A stretch of DNA of 64,000 bases from Minisyncoccota bacterium (GTDB taxonomy: Bacteria > Patescibacteriota > Minisyncoccia > Phycocordibacterales > DATDWN01): assembly GCA_041674105.1 (NCBI GenBank), contig JBAYWK010000002.1:79411-143410 (forward strand), read 5' to 3'. The number at the start of each line of letters is the position of its first letter. Position 1 is the first letter of the stretch. Below, one piece after another: positions 29,736 through 39,985 of this stretch. The notes beneath the pieces were generated by a model. The model did not search any database. It was given only the letters and a program-made list of their open reading frames with translations, and was not told the DNA's origin. Made by a program: the position numbers and the translations under genes.

Positions 29736-30002
29736 TCATATAAAATCCTCTTCACGAGGAGGAACCACTTCCACAAGCTCTCCTGGCGCCACAAACCCAA
29801 GTGTGCCCCGGTTTATACCAAGATTTACAAAATTAACCTTGTAATAATCATTTGCACCCAAAACAATTACAGATCCTCTACACAAGAACTCGCTAATCTT
29901 CATACAAACGAGAACCCCATATCTAAACTTGGCTCCCATAGGAACCTCTACAAATGGCACCCTGGTCTCTTTTTGAGAACGAGAAAAAGGAATTATAGAC
30001 AT
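29736..30002 (-). CDS. hypothetical protein
   Basis: AAGGAGG RBS upstream; no recognisable domain. Confidence 0.55.
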   Translation of the reverse strand: MSIIPFSRSQKETRVPFVEVPMGAKFRYGVLVCMKISEFLCRGSVIVLGANDYYKVNFVNLGINRGTLGFVAPGELVEVVPPREEDFI

Positions 30003-30068
30003 AAAGAACCTCCTTTTAGTAATTTAATTAAAAATGCATAACAAGTCAAATGGAAAACCTCGCAATGT

Positions 30069-30620
30069 CTAAGCATCACGAGGTTTTATAAAATATTTCA
30101 AATAGGGCACAACACCTACTGTAAAAAGAACAATCGTACAGACTAACGGAAAAAGTCTTTGTTCCACTGACCAATTAGCTCCTCCAACAACCGACATGAA
30201 AGCAGCTAAACTATTCAGAAAATAAAGAAGTTTTGGCATGAGTTTTGGATATAGCCAAGCATCTTTAATCTGTGGGATAAATGCTAATCCCACTCCCAGA
30301 CTAAATATAATAGTTGCTAATCCTGGTAAAAGATACCAAACACCCAAGCAAGCACATACTACACAAAAAAAGAATGTCTCAGTCTTTCCCCACCATGCAG
30401 ATCTCTTCACTTTTATAATAGACCCAACTACTAATGCACACCCGACTGAATAAGATGCCGGAAGGTACCAATTACCATCACTTTCTTCTGAGTACAGAGA
30501 AGTTATACAGGATTACGCCACAAAATGTGGTGGAACAATGGTTAACAACTCGAAGATTAAACAAACTCTGCTTAACTACGCCCTACTTAGATACATGGGA
30601 AATGCAGGGCAAAACATAAG
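30069..30620 (-). pseudogene. degraded multi-TM membrane protein
   Basis: intact 3' half (30069-30410, AFIPQIKDAW..P) with stops/frameshifts in the upstream part. Confidence 0.4.
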
Positions 30621-30705
30621 ATGGGATAATCCAGTTCCAAAAACAAATTAATTAAAAAATTTGACCAATAAAACAAAAACCCCCTTAAGAAGGGGGTTTT
30701 CTTTT

Positions 30706-30889
30706 TGTGCGCCGGGAAGGATTATTCCGCGAGTAAAATTTTGCCGTCGCAAAATTTTCTCGTGTCCGCAGCTCGCGACCCAGTCTGCTGACTGGGTACC
30801 CCGCTCCGCTTTTCGAATCCTTACGTAAACCTCTCCCAGAGGTTTACTCCCAGCGCAAAAGCAAAAATCCTCTTACGAGGATTTTTCTG
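30706..30889 (-). repeat. tRNA-trailer element after tRNA-Tyr
   Basis: antisense tgcgctggg-A[gtaaacctct-ggg-agaggtttac]GT-aaggattcgaa; core shared with Leu(TAA)/Glu; duplicate aatccttcccggcgcaca 30706-30723. Confidence 0.9.
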
Positions 30890-30972
30890 TGCGCCGGGAA
30901 GGATTCGAACCTTCGTAGGCCGAAGCCGACAGATTTACAGTCTGTTGTAATTGACCACTCTACCACCGACGC
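30890..30972 (-). tRNA. tRNA-Tyr(GTA)
   Basis: ACAGA-CT GTA AA-TCTGT, variable arm, GGTTCGAATCC. Confidence 0.95.
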
Positions 30973-30979
30973 AATAATA

Positions 30980-31219
30980 TTATTCTAAAAGTTTTTTGAA
31001 AGCATTGCCACCTTTATAACTTTTAATTTTTTTCTCCCTAATAAAAGCCTCTTTACTATTTGAGTATTCTTCAAAGTAAACTAGTTCCAATGGAAATCTT
31101 AGCTTAGTTGAAAAATTATACCCTAAATTATGTTCTTTTATTCTGCGTTCTAAATTGTTAGTACAACCGATGTAATATTTATTATCTACCAAGCTTTTAA
31201 GTATATAAACATACCACAT
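30980..31219 (-). CDS. GIY-YIG nuclease (small, UPF0213-like)
   Basis: YVYILKS..YYIGCT..LERRIKEHN, EAFIREKKIK. Confidence 0.93.
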   Translation of the reverse strand: MWYVYILKSLVDNKYYIGCTNNLERRIKEHNLGYNFSTKLRFPLELVYFEEYSNSKEAFIREKKIKSYKGGNAFKKLLE

Positions 31220-31222
31220 ATA

Positions 31223-31272
31223 TTGTAATTGACTTCACCCCGCCTCGGCGGGGCAAGCTCTACCACCGACGC
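31223..31272 (-). pseudogene. 5' fragment of tRNA-Tyr with palindrome in D-loop
   Basis: GCGTCGGTGGTAGAG[cttgccccgccgaggcggggtgaa]GTCAATTACAA directly before the GIY-YIG ATG. Confidence 0.85.
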
Positions 31273-31325
31273 ATTAAAAATAATATAGCACATTTTTCAA
31301 TATACCACATTATTTTTGGACTATC

Positions 31326-34001
31326 CTATGCTAACACACTCTTCTCCACAAAACTATCTCTTGCAAAAGATCCTTTTTTACCTTTCTTGATGTCAAAAAC
31401 ATACTCGTTATTCTTTATATCAACATCTATTGTTCCCCCTTTCATTATTTTCTTACCTATTATAAGTCCAGCCACTGGATTTAATATTTTAGTCTGAATC
31501 AATCTCTTCAAAGGTCTAGCGCCATATTGTGAGCTATACCCTTCTTTTGCTAAGTGTTTGTAAACCCCCTCAGATAATAGAATGCTTATTTCTTTTTGTT
31601 TCAATCTTTCTGTAATTATTTTTACTTGAAGTTTTACAATCTCCTCTATAGCCTCTTTGCTCAAAATATCAAACACCACTATTTCATCTAAACGGTTTAG
31701 AAACTCTGGTCTAAAGTAATCTTTCAAAGCAGTCATAACTTTTGTTTTAGCTTCCTCATAGCTAGCTTTCTCTGTTTTATCGTAAGCAAAACCGATCTTT
31801 TCCATTTTATCTATATATTGAGAACCAATATTTGAAGTCAAGATAATTACAGAGTTTCTAAAATTTACCACTCTACCTTTGGCGTCTGTTAGTTTTCCAT
31901 TGTCCAAAACCTGCAAAAGAATATTGAAAACTTCAGGATGAGCTTTCTCTATTTCATCAAACAAAATAACAGAATAAGGTCTATGACGAATCTGTTCCGT
32001 AATACTTCCACCTTCCTCGTGACCAACATAGCCCGGAGGAGCTCCTATAAGCTTTGAAATGCTGTGTTTTTCCATAAACTCAGACATATCTACCCTTATC
32101 AAAGCATTATCATCATTAAACATAAATTCAGCCAAAGCTTTTGTGAGCTCTGTTTTACCAACACCTGTAGGACCCAGGAAGAGAAAAGATCCTATTGGTC
32201 TATTTGGATCAGAGATTCCAGCCCTAGATCTTTTTATTGTTTCAGCAATTTTGTTGACTGCTTCATTTTGTCCGACAATCCTACCCTTCAAGACTTCTTC
32301 CATTCTATTTAATTTTTCAGCTTCTTCCTCTAACATTCTATAAACAGGAATACCTGTCCATTTTGAAACAATAGAAGCAATATCATTTTCTGTTATTTCT
32401 TCCTTCAAAATTCTACGAGAACTTTGAAGTTTTTTCAGTCTCTTTGATTTTGTATCCAACTCCTTTTCCAAAGCTGGAATTTTTCCATACCTAATTTCAG
32501 CAGCTTTAGACAAATCCGCTTTAGCTTCAGCTGTTTCAGCTTCTCTGCGAATTTCTTCCAGTTCCTTTTTTATAGACTTTATATCTGTGACAGTTTCTTT
32601 TTCATTTTTCCATTTAAGCTCTAGCTCACTTGTTTCCTCTTTTAGATCAGCAATCTTTTTTTCTATTTCTTTTGTTCTATTTTTTGATTTTGCATCTGAC
32701 TCTTTTTTTAAAGCTTCTTTTTCAATCTCCAACTTTACAATTTTAGAACGAGCATCTTCCAAGATAGGAGGCATATTTTCCAAAGCAATTTTTAAATATG
32801 AAGCTGACTCGTCCATTAGGTCAACTGCTTTGTCTGGTAAAAATCTATCAGTAATATATCTACTGCTTAAGTTTACAGCAGCAATAATAGCTTCATCTGT
32901 AATACGAACTCCATGATAAAGCTCGTATTTTTCTTTAAGTCCTCTTAAAATAGTTATTGCATCTTCTACACTAGGCTCATTTACAGATACAGGTTGAAAT
33001 CTACGAGTTAAAGCCGGATCTTTTTCTATATATTTTTGATATTCTTTTAGAGTCGTTGCACCAATAGCTCTAAGTTCTCCTCTAGCTAAAGCTGGTTTAA
33101 GCATATTTGAAGCGTCCATTGAGCCTTCGGCTGAACCTGCGCCAACAATAGTGTGAATTTCGTCTATAAAAAGAACAATCTTACCGTCAGACTTCTCTAT
33201 TTCTTTTAAAATGTTCTTCAATCTTTCTTCAAACTCACCTCTATATTTTGTTCCGGCAATCAAAAGACCTAGATCAAGAGAAATAAGTTCTTTGTCTTTC
33301 AAAGATTCTGGTACATCTCCCATAGACATTTTTATAGCCAAACCTTCTACTATAGCTGTTTTACCGACACCAGCTTCGCCAATAAGAATAGGATTGTTTT
33401 TTGTACGACGAGAAAGTATTTGTACTATACGAGATATTTCTGTATCTCTACCAATAACAGGATCAAGTTTATTTTGTAAGGCAAGTTTTGTTAAATTTCT
33501 AGTATACTTTGAAAGAGTTTTGAATTTTTTTGGAGTGTCTTTCAAAGTTTCTTTTGTATTTTTAAGTTCACTTAAAACTCTTATTATATTTTCTTTATCT
33601 ATTTTAAATTTCATCAAAAGATCTCTAGCCAAAGATGGTACTGAAATAACAGACAAAAATAAGTGTTCGGTAGAAATAAAATCATCCGAAAGAGCCTCGG
33701 CTTCTTTCGCCGAATTATCCAAGGTTGCTGCCAATTCTGGAGTTAAATACATTTGATAAGACGCAGATAGAGTCTGTCCGATTTCATTTCCTTCTATGGC
33801 CTCCGACAAAGAATCTGAAAGTAAGACAGTATCAACTTCCAATCTGTCCAATATAGAGGTGACTATACTATCTTCTTGCAACACTAAAGCTGCCAACAAG
33901 TGAAGTGGGTTTACATGATTTTGACCACGCTCAATAGCCAGTTCATGAGCTTTTCTAATAGCCTCTTTAGCTTTTGTTGTAAATTGGTTAAATGGTGGCA
34001 T
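31326..34001 (-). CDS. clpB: ATP-dependent chaperone ClpB
   Basis: two AAA modules ([16 protein letters not shown]) with long coiled-coil M domain. Confidence 0.93.
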   Translation of the reverse strand: MPPFNQFTTKAKEAIRKAHELAIERGQNHVNPLHLLAALVLQEDSIVTSILDRLEVDTVLLSDSLSEAIEGNEIGQTLSASYQMYLTPELAATLDNSAKEAEALSDDFISTEHLFLSVISVPSLARDLLMKFKIDKENIIRVLSELKNTKETLKDTPKKFKTLSKYTRNLTKLALQNKLDPVIGRDTEISRIVQILSRRTKNNPILIGEAGVGKTAIVEGLAIKMSMGDVPESLKDKELISLDLGLLIAGTKYRGEFEERLKNILKEIEKSDGKIVLFIDEIHTIVGAGSAEGSMDASNMLKPALARGELRAIGATTLKEYQKYIEKDPALTRRFQPVSVNEPSVEDAITILRGLKEKYELYHGVRITDEAIIAAVNLSSRYITDRFLPDKAVDLMDESASYLKIALENMPPILEDARSKIVKLEIEKEALKKESDAKSKNRTKEIEKKIADLKEETSELELKWKNEKETVTDIKSIKKELEEIRREAETAEAKADLSKAAEIRYGKIPALEKELDTKSKRLKKLQSSRRILKEEITENDIASIVSKWTGIPVYRMLEEEAEKLNRMEEVLKGRIVGQNEAVNKIAETIKRSRAGISDPNRPIGSFLFLGPTGVGKTELTKALAEFMFNDDNALIRVDMSEFMEKHSISKLIGAPPGYVGHEEGGSITEQIRHRPYSVILFDEIEKAHPEVFNILLQVLDNGKLTDAKGRVVNFRNSVIILTSNIGSQYIDKMEKIGFAYDKTEKASYEEAKTKVMTALKDYFRPEFLNRLDEIVVFDILSKEAIEEIVKLQVKIITERLKQKEISILLSEGVYKHLAKEGYSSQYGARPLKRLIQTKILNPVAGLIIGKKIMKGGTIDVDIKNNEYVFDIKKGKKGSFARDSFVEKSVLA

Positions 34002-34068
34002 ATATAATATAAATTAGTTTACATGTAAACTATATATCCAAAAACATGGAGAGTCAAATATAAATTTA

Positions 34069-34884
34069 CTATTTAGATATAGTAGATAATTCTTCTTTCA
34101 AAATGGTAACTGGCGTAAAAGCACTAGAGCTAAGACCAGAAAGTTTCATTCCTACCACTTCCCCGGAAAGATTAAAAAATGGACTGCCTACAACTAGATC
34201 TTTTGATGAAATATCATTTTCTACACCAGAAACAAATTTTACAGTAGATGTGCCTGTTCCAGATTCTTTCATTATAAATGAGGATACTCTACCTACAGCA
34301 ATAGAATTTTGGCTAGTTCCCCCTAATCCAATAAGAGTCTGTCCTAAACTTGGTTCTATAGAAGCTAGTTTAGCTGGAACAAATGTATAATTTACACCTT
34401 CAGGTACAGCAGCTTTAAATATTATGAAATTTGTATTTTTATCTAAACCAATAGGTGTCAAAACTAAATCTTGGCCATCTTCAGTGGTTATGGTGTATTT
34501 ATACTGATAAGAGATATTTTTTCTGGCAGTGGCTATCTGACCATCTTTACTTGTTATTACACCCATCCCATAGAGGGATACGACACCATTATTTAAGTCC
34601 TTTTCATTTATACGGACTACACTTTTTAGATTGTTCTGTATGGCTTCCATTATCAAATCTTCTTCTTTGACTACAACCGTTACAACTTCTTTTTCTTTTG
34701 AGATTATTGGGTCCGAAGGAATAACTGTCTCAATAGTTTTTTCTACTATCCTATTTATATTCCTAGTAACCTCAACCGGTGCCTCCTGCAAAAGAGATAC
34801 GGTTATTATTCCAGTAGCAATAGAAGTAACAAAACTAACAAGAAGGGTTAATAAGATCAGTTGGTTTTGATTGAGCTCTTTCAT
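34069..34884 (-). CDS. membrane-anchored trypsin-like (HtrA-fold) protein, catalytic triad apparently lost
   Basis: GMGVITSKDGQIATARK (His absent), LVVGSPFFNLSGEVVGM (GNSGG Ser absent). Confidence 0.7.
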   Translation of the reverse strand: MKELNQNQLILLTLLVSFVTSIATGIITVSLLQEAPVEVTRNINRIVEKTIETVIPSDPIISKEKEVVTVVVKEEDLIMEAIQNNLKSVVRINEKDLNNGVVSLYGMGVITSKDGQIATARKNISYQYKYTITTEDGQDLVLTPIGLDKNTNFIIFKAAVPEGVNYTFVPAKLASIEPSLGQTLIGLGGTSQNSIAVGRVSSFIMKESGTGTSTVKFVSGVENDISSKDLVVGSPFFNLSGEVVGMKLSGLSSSAFTPVTILKEELSTISK

Positions 34885-34923
34885 ACTTAATATAATATCA
34901 CTAGTTTATAAAGCAGTAAATAT

Positions 34924-36102
34924 TTATTTTATTATTTCTTTAAGTTTTTCTACTAAATAATCCAGATCATTTTTTTTTGTTTCTCTGCCTAAAGTAATTC
35001 TAAGGCTACTAGAAGGGCATTCCTTTTTACCCAAAGCGGAAATAACATATGACGAAGAGTCTTCTTTCAAGGTTCGACAAGAAGAAGAATAGGAAACTGA
35101 AATTCCAACCACATCTAAAGCTATGACCAAAAATTCCGCATCCTGATCTTCAAAACAAATACTTATGTTATTTGGAAGCCTGTTTTTAGCAGAACCATTC
35201 AGAGATGAACCTTTGAAGGTTTTCAAAATATTTTCTATAGCATAATCTCTAATGGAAGTAAGTCTTTGTGTCTCTTTTTCTCTATGTATATTTGCTATTT
35301 CCATAGCAAAAGCCATACCCGAAATAGAAGAGACATCTTCTGTACCACTCCTTAAGCCGTTTTGTTGTCCTCCACCATAAATCACAGGCTGAAGTTTAAT
35401 TCCTTTTTTAACAAATAGAATTCCAGTATTTCTAGGTCCATACATCTTTAGACCATCTAAAGTCATCATATCTACACCAATTTTAGAAACATCTGTGGAT
35501 AAATAAAGTACTGCCTGACAAGCATCTGTATGAAAATATGGCAAAGAAGTTTTTTCTTCACTCTGCCATTTTTTTATAATTTTAGAGATCTCTTTTATTG
35601 GCTGTATTGTACCAATCTCATTGTTGGCATACATAACTGAAACCAAGATAGTTTCTTTCTTTATAGCTTTTGAAACATCCTCCGCAGAAACAAGGCCCTC
35701 ATCTGAGACTTCCAAATAAGTCACTTCACCTCCCCTCTTTTCTATCTCTCTACAAACCTCTAAAACAGAAGGGTGTTCTATGTTTGTAGTGATAATATGT
35801 GGCTTAAAGTCTTTTTTTTTAAAAGATTCAAATAAACCTAAAATAGCTAAATTGTTTGATTCGGTTCCACCGCTTGTAAAAATGATTTCATCCGGATTAC
35901 AAGATATAAGTCCTGCACAATCTCTCTTGGCAATATCTATTTCTTCTTTAGAAGCCAAAGCGTCCGAGTAAATAGCAGACGGGTTTGCAAAATATTTTCT
36001 ATTATAAGATTCCATCTTGTCTAAAACCCCTTTATCTATAGGAGTGCTAGAAGCGAAATCCAAAAAAACTTTCTTAGAGTTGTTTTTACTACTCAGAAAC
36101 AT
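34924..36102 (-). CDS. iscS: cysteine desulfurase (IscS/NifS family)
   Basis: FLDFASSTP, FTSGGTESNN, EHPSV, NNEIGTIQP, HTDACQ, RSGT, SSSC. Confidence 0.9.
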   Translation of the reverse strand: MFLSSKNNSKKVFLDFASSTPIDKGVLDKMESYNRKYFANPSAIYSDALASKEEIDIAKRDCAGLISCNPDEIIFTSGGTESNNLAILGLFESFKKKDFKPHIITTNIEHPSVLEVCREIEKRGGEVTYLEVSDEGLVSAEDVSKAIKKETILVSVMYANNEIGTIQPIKEISKIIKKWQSEEKTSLPYFHTDACQAVLYLSTDVSKIGVDMMTLDGLKMYGPRNTGILFVKKGIKLQPVIYGGGQQNGLRSGTEDVSSISGMAFAMEIANIHREKETQRLTSIRDYAIENILKTFKGSSLNGSAKNRLPNNISICFEDQDAEFLVIALDVVGISVSYSSSCRTLKEDSSSYVISALGKKECPSSSLRITLGRETKKNDLDYLVEKLKEIIK

Positions 36103-36170
36103 AATGATTAAACATTATCACTCCACAATATTTTTTGCAAAATGCTAGTTTTTATGTATAATTCACACCA

Positions 36171-36644
36171 ATGGTCATTGATCCACTATTTATCGCATAT
36201 ATTGCTGGAGGAGTAAGCCTTTTGCTTTTTATTTGGATTATCCGTCTTGAAATGAAATTGCGAAAATTTATGTCCGGCAAATCCGCGAAATCTTTAGAGG
36301 ATACAATTATCTTAATGAAAAAAGAAATTACAGACCTAAAAAGATTTGAAGAAGAATCCATCTCTTACTTCAAAAATGTTGAAATGAGATTACATAGAAG
36401 TATCCAGGGTATAAAAACTATCAGATTTAATCCCTTCAAAGGAACTGGTGATGGTGGTAACCAAAGCTTTGCGACATCATTTATAGATGAAAGTGGTGAT
36501 GGCGTAGTCATCTCTAGTCTCCACTCAAGAGACAGGGTGAGTATTTTCTCAAAACCACTTGAAAAATTTAAAAGTAATTTTGAACTAACAGACGAAGAAA
36601 AAGAAGTTATAGAAGAATCTAAAAGAACAATCGGGTCGAAATAA
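36171..36644 (+). CDS. DUF4446 family protein
   Basis: RFNPF..GGNQSF...D..GDGVVISSLHSR..FSKP, LT.EEK. Confidence 0.85.
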   Translation: MVIDPLFIAYIAGGVSLLLFIWIIRLEMKLRKFMSGKSAKSLEDTIILMKKEITDLKRFEEESISYFKNVEMRLHRSIQGIKTIRFNPFKGTGDGGNQSFATSFIDESGDGVVISSLHSRDRVSIFSKPLEKFKSNFELTDEEKEVIEESKRTIGSK

Positions 36645-36686
36645 TATTTAGATTTACCATTATGGGATTTAAAATATCAAAAATAT

Positions 36687-38186
36687 ATGAATACACAGAC
36701 AAACAAAACAGAAAGGGCTCCGGTGATTGCTATAATGGGACATATAGACCATGGTAAATCTACCCTACTATCTTTTATAAGAAAGAACCTAAAACCTCTA
36801 GATGAAGCTGGTGGTATAACTCAACATGTATCTGCTTATGAAGTTGAGCATAAAGACGGAAGCGGAAAAATCCATCAGATAACTTTTCTAGACACACCGG
36901 GCCATGAAGCTTTCTCTGGAATAAGAACAAGAGGTGCAAAAGTAGCCGATATGGCCATACTTGTCGTCTCTGCTGAAGACGGAGTAAAACTCCAAACAAT
37001 AGAAGCCTTGAAATCTATAAAAAAAGAAGAAGTGCCTTTTATTGTGGCTATAAATAAAATAGACAAACCTGGAGCCAATGTAGATATGACAAAACAAAGT
37101 CTAGCTGAGAACCAGATATATGTTGAAGGTTATGGAGGAGATATTCCTGTAGTCTTAATATCAGCAAAAACAGGACAAGGCATTCCAGATCTTTTGGATA
37201 TGATAATTTTAGTTTCTGAATTAGAAGAACTTTCTGGTGATAGAAGTCTAAATGCCAGTGGCGTAATTATTGAAAGCAACCGAGATATCAAAAAAGGGAT
37301 ATCTTCTACCTGTATAATAAAAAATGGAACATTAAAAAAGGGGATGTTTGTGGCTTCTGGAGAAAGTATGGCTCCTCTTAGGATAATAGAAGATTATCTA
37401 GAAAAACCTATAGATGAAGCTTCTTTTTCTAAACCAATAAAAATAATTGGTTGGGATACATTGCCTGAAGTCGGAGAAGCATTTGAATCTTTTCACTCTA
37501 AAAATGAAGCTCTAGAATACGTAGAAAAAAACAAAGCGAAAAATTTAAATAATAAAAGTGAGATGAAATCCAAAACAATTGAAAATACAATACCAATTGT
37601 CTTGAAAGCTGATACCGCTGGTAGTCTAGAGGCTGTTATTTACGAGATAGAAAAACTAGGTAATGAGAGAATAATACCCGAAATAGTTTTATCTGGAGTT
37701 GGGTCTATATCTGAAAATGACATAAGAATGGTTGCTGGTAGCGAGAGAACTTTAGTTATTGGTTTCAATACCAAGACAGATGCTCCAGCCAGAACCTTGG
37801 CTGAAAGAAATAATATAGAGATTCACCATTTTACGATTATCTATAAACTAAGTGAATTTATAAAAGAAATGCTAGAAAATTTAACTCCCAAAATAAAAGA
37901 AGAAGAAGTTCAAGGAAAAACAAAAGTCTTAAAATCATTTAGCAAAATAAGAGATAAACAAATAATCGGCTGCCGAGTGGAAGACGGAATTCTCTCTGTA
38001 GGGTCTACTATAAACATATTGAGAAGAGATGAAAAGATAGGCGAAGGAAAAATCAAAGGACTTGAGTGTCAAAAAAATAAAACTAACGAAGTTTCTTCTG
38101 GAAAAGAATGTGGCGTTATGCTCGAATCTAGAGTAGAAATAGTTCCTGGAGATTATATAGAAAACTTCATAATTGTAGAAAAATAA
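36687..38186 (+). CDS. infB: translation initiation factor IF-2 (short form lacking N-domain)
   Basis: MGHIDHGKS, GGITQH, DTPGHEAF, NKID. Confidence 0.95.
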   Translation: MNTQTNKTERAPVIAIMGHIDHGKSTLLSFIRKNLKPLDEAGGITQHVSAYEVEHKDGSGKIHQITFLDTPGHEAFSGIRTRGAKVADMAILVVSAEDGVKLQTIEALKSIKKEEVPFIVAINKIDKPGANVDMTKQSLAENQIYVEGYGGDIPVVLISAKTGQGIPDLLDMIILVSELEELSGDRSLNASGVIIESNRDIKKGISSTCIIKNGTLKKGMFVASGESMAPLRIIEDYLEKPIDEASFSKPIKIIGWDTLPEVGEAFESFHSKNEALEYVEKNKAKNLNNKSEMKSKTIENTIPIVLKADTAGSLEAVIYEIEKLGNERIIPEIVLSGVGSISENDIRMVAGSERTLVIGFNTKTDAPARTLAERNNIEIHHFTIIYKLSEFIKEMLENLTPKIKEEEVQGKTKVLKSFSKIRDKQIIGCRVEDGILSVGSTINILRRDEKIGEGKIKGLECQKNKTNEVSSGKECGVMLESRVEIVPGDYIENFIIVEK

Positions 38187-38187
38187 A

Positions 38188-38508
38188 ATGTCTATTAAAA
38201 ACGAAAGGACTGTAGAAGTTATAAAAGATTTGGCTGCAAAATTTCTGACCTATGAAGGCAACAAGTCTTCCTTGATAACCGTAACCAGTTTAAATATGTC
38301 AAAAGATGGTAAAAGATGTACTATCTTTTTTACTGTATTTCCTGAAACTCTACAAAAAACAGCTTTAGAATTTGCCAAAAGAAAGAGAAGTGAATTCAAA
38401 AAATATGTGCAAAATAACTCAAAATTAGGTAGAATTCCTTTTATGGATTTTGAGATAGATATGGGTGAAAAGAATAGACAAAAAATTGACGAACTCCTGA
38501 ATGGGTAA
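38188..38508 (+). CDS. rbfA: ribosome-binding factor A
   Basis: follows infB; ITVT..MSKD, RIPFMDFEID. Confidence 0.85.
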   Translation: MSIKNERTVEVIKDLAAKFLTYEGNKSSLITVTSLNMSKDGKRCTIFFTVFPETLQKTALEFAKRKRSEFKKYVQNNSKLGRIPFMDFEIDMGEKNRQKIDELLNG

Positions 38509-38516
38509 TAAAATAA

Positions 38517-38588
38517 GGCCTGGTAGCCAAGTGGTAAGGCATTCCTCTGCAAAAGGAATATACGGCGGTTCAATTCCGCCCCAGGCCT
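38517..38588 (+). tRNA. tRNA-Cys(GCA)
   Basis: GGCCTGG/CCAGGCC-T, TTCCT-CT GCA AA-AGGAA. Confidence 0.95.
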
Positions 38589-38620
38589 CCCAAATAATTT
38601 TATTTTTGGAAAAATAATAT

Positions 38621-38705
38621 GCCCGGATGGCGGAACTGGTATACGCGCACGACTTAAAATCGTGTCTCGCAAGGGATGTGGGTTCGATTCCCACTCCGGG
38701 CACCA
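38621..38705 (+). tRNA. tRNA-Leu(TAA)
   Basis: CACGA-CT TAA AA-TCGTG; encoded CCA. Confidence 0.95.
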
Positions 38706-38871
38706 AAAAATCAAATGTTGATTTTTTGATCCCAGAGAGCAAGGCAATGTTATTGCCTTGCGTTGGGAATCGAAAAGCGGAGCGGTCTACAGTCACACCA
38801 GTGACTGTCGCGAGTTGCGGACACGAGAAAAATTTTCGACGGAAAATTTTTACTCGCGGAAGATTCCCCAC
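38706..38871 (+). repeat. tRNA-trailer element after tRNA-Leu(TAA)
   Basis: antisense atcccagag-A[gcaaggcaat-gtt-attgccttgc]GT-tgggaatcgaa; core shared with Tyr/Glu; truncated duplicate gattccccac. Confidence 0.88.
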
Positions 38872-38874
38872 CAC

Positions 38875-38950
38875 GCATCCATAGCTCAGTTGGTAGAGCA
38901 ACTCCCTCTTAAGGAGATGGTCGCAGGTTCAAATCCTGCTGGGTGCACCA
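38875..38950 (+). tRNA. tRNA-Lys(CTT)
   Basis: CTCC-CT CTT AA-GGAG, GGTTCAAATCC; encoded CCA. Confidence 0.93.
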
Positions 38951-39098
38951 CAGAAAAAAGTAATCTTATTACTTTTTGTCAGGATTTGAACAGTTTGTCG
39001 GTCTACGAACCTAGCAAGGCTTGTCAACAAACTGGTGCCTAGAAAAATTACTTGCGACGGCAAGTAATTTTTTGAGGGAAAATTCCTGCTGGGTGCAC
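38951..39098 (+). repeat. tRNA-trailer element after tRNA-Lys
   Basis: antisense caggatttgaac; core shared with Trp element; duplicate tcctgctgggtgcac 39084-39098. Confidence 0.88.
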
Positions 39099-39492
39099 AC
39101 GATTCAAAAACAGCATGTTATGCTGTTTTTGTTTACGTGTGCAAGACGGAGCGCGACGGCGCGAGTCCAGGTCGGGAAAATTTTTAGCAAAAAATTATTC
39201 CTGACCACAAGAACTTCCAGATTTTTTCTTACATGTGCAGACTGGAGCGGGTACCAGCTCACTAGGGCTGGTCGCGAGGTCAGGGTCCGAGGAAATTTTC
39301 GAGCGACGGCGAGAAAATTATCCAGGACACATGATTCTTGAGTGACAACTAAATAAAATACCCAATTGGGGTACTAATCCTGTAAGGATCGATATCCTGC
39401 CACAATAATACTGGAGTCCAAGGAAATTTTGTTTTGACGAAAACAAAATTATCCAGGACACATGAACTAAAATTATTCCTGACCACAAGGAC
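39099..39492 (+). repeat. tandem degenerate core units
   Basis: repeated ggagcg..gcgag cores; aaaattatccaggacacatga x2 and aaaattattcctgaccacaag x2. Confidence 0.75.
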
Positions 39493-39541
39493 TGTTTCAA
39501 ATTTTTTATACTTGTGTAAAGTGCAAACCAAAGAATAAAAT

Positions 39542-39820
39542 CTACTCCTGTATCAACTTCACAGCATAAACTATTGGAGCTAGAGCTGTCCTAGTCATCA
39601 TTTTAAGCGTTTCATTATTTTCTATTACCTTGGCCATAGGAGGACTGGTTTTATAATAAGCCTCTACAAATTTTTGACCTACCTCATTGGTTAATAGTTT
39701 TTCATCTCTAAAATTCCTCAGCATCTCGACCTCTGGTTCCATAGGGCTTCCATAAGCAGCTGTAGCTATAAAACATGAACTACTAGAAGTAGGAGCTACT
39801 ATTTTACATATTTTACAATC
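39542..39820 (-). pseudogene. orphan CFI-box-CTERM domain fragment
   Basis: frame extends upstream of the called ORF to SSCFIATAAYGSPMEPEVEMLRNFRD..FVEAYYKTSPP; in-frame stop upstream, no start before the CFI box. Confidence 0.75.
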
Positions 39821-39903
39821 TCACCTTAGTAGCAAAACAAAGACCTCTCATTTCATTTAACCTCTTCCATTTTTTGAAAAAATAATATAAAGTATAAATC
39901 ATT

Positions 39904-39985
39904 GGGCAAGTGGCGGAATTGGTATACGCGCTAGTCTTAGGAACTAGTGCCTCACGGCTTGGGAGTTCGAGTCTCCCCTTGCCCA
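39904..39985 (+). tRNA. tRNA-Leu(TAG)
   Basis: CTAGT-CT TAG GA-ACTAG, GTTCGAGTC. Confidence 0.95.

Noticed and set aside
38951-39492. CRISPR array
   Set aside because: Repeats are not of constant length or spacing, units are structured cores rather than repeat-spacer pairs, and no cas operon is present.
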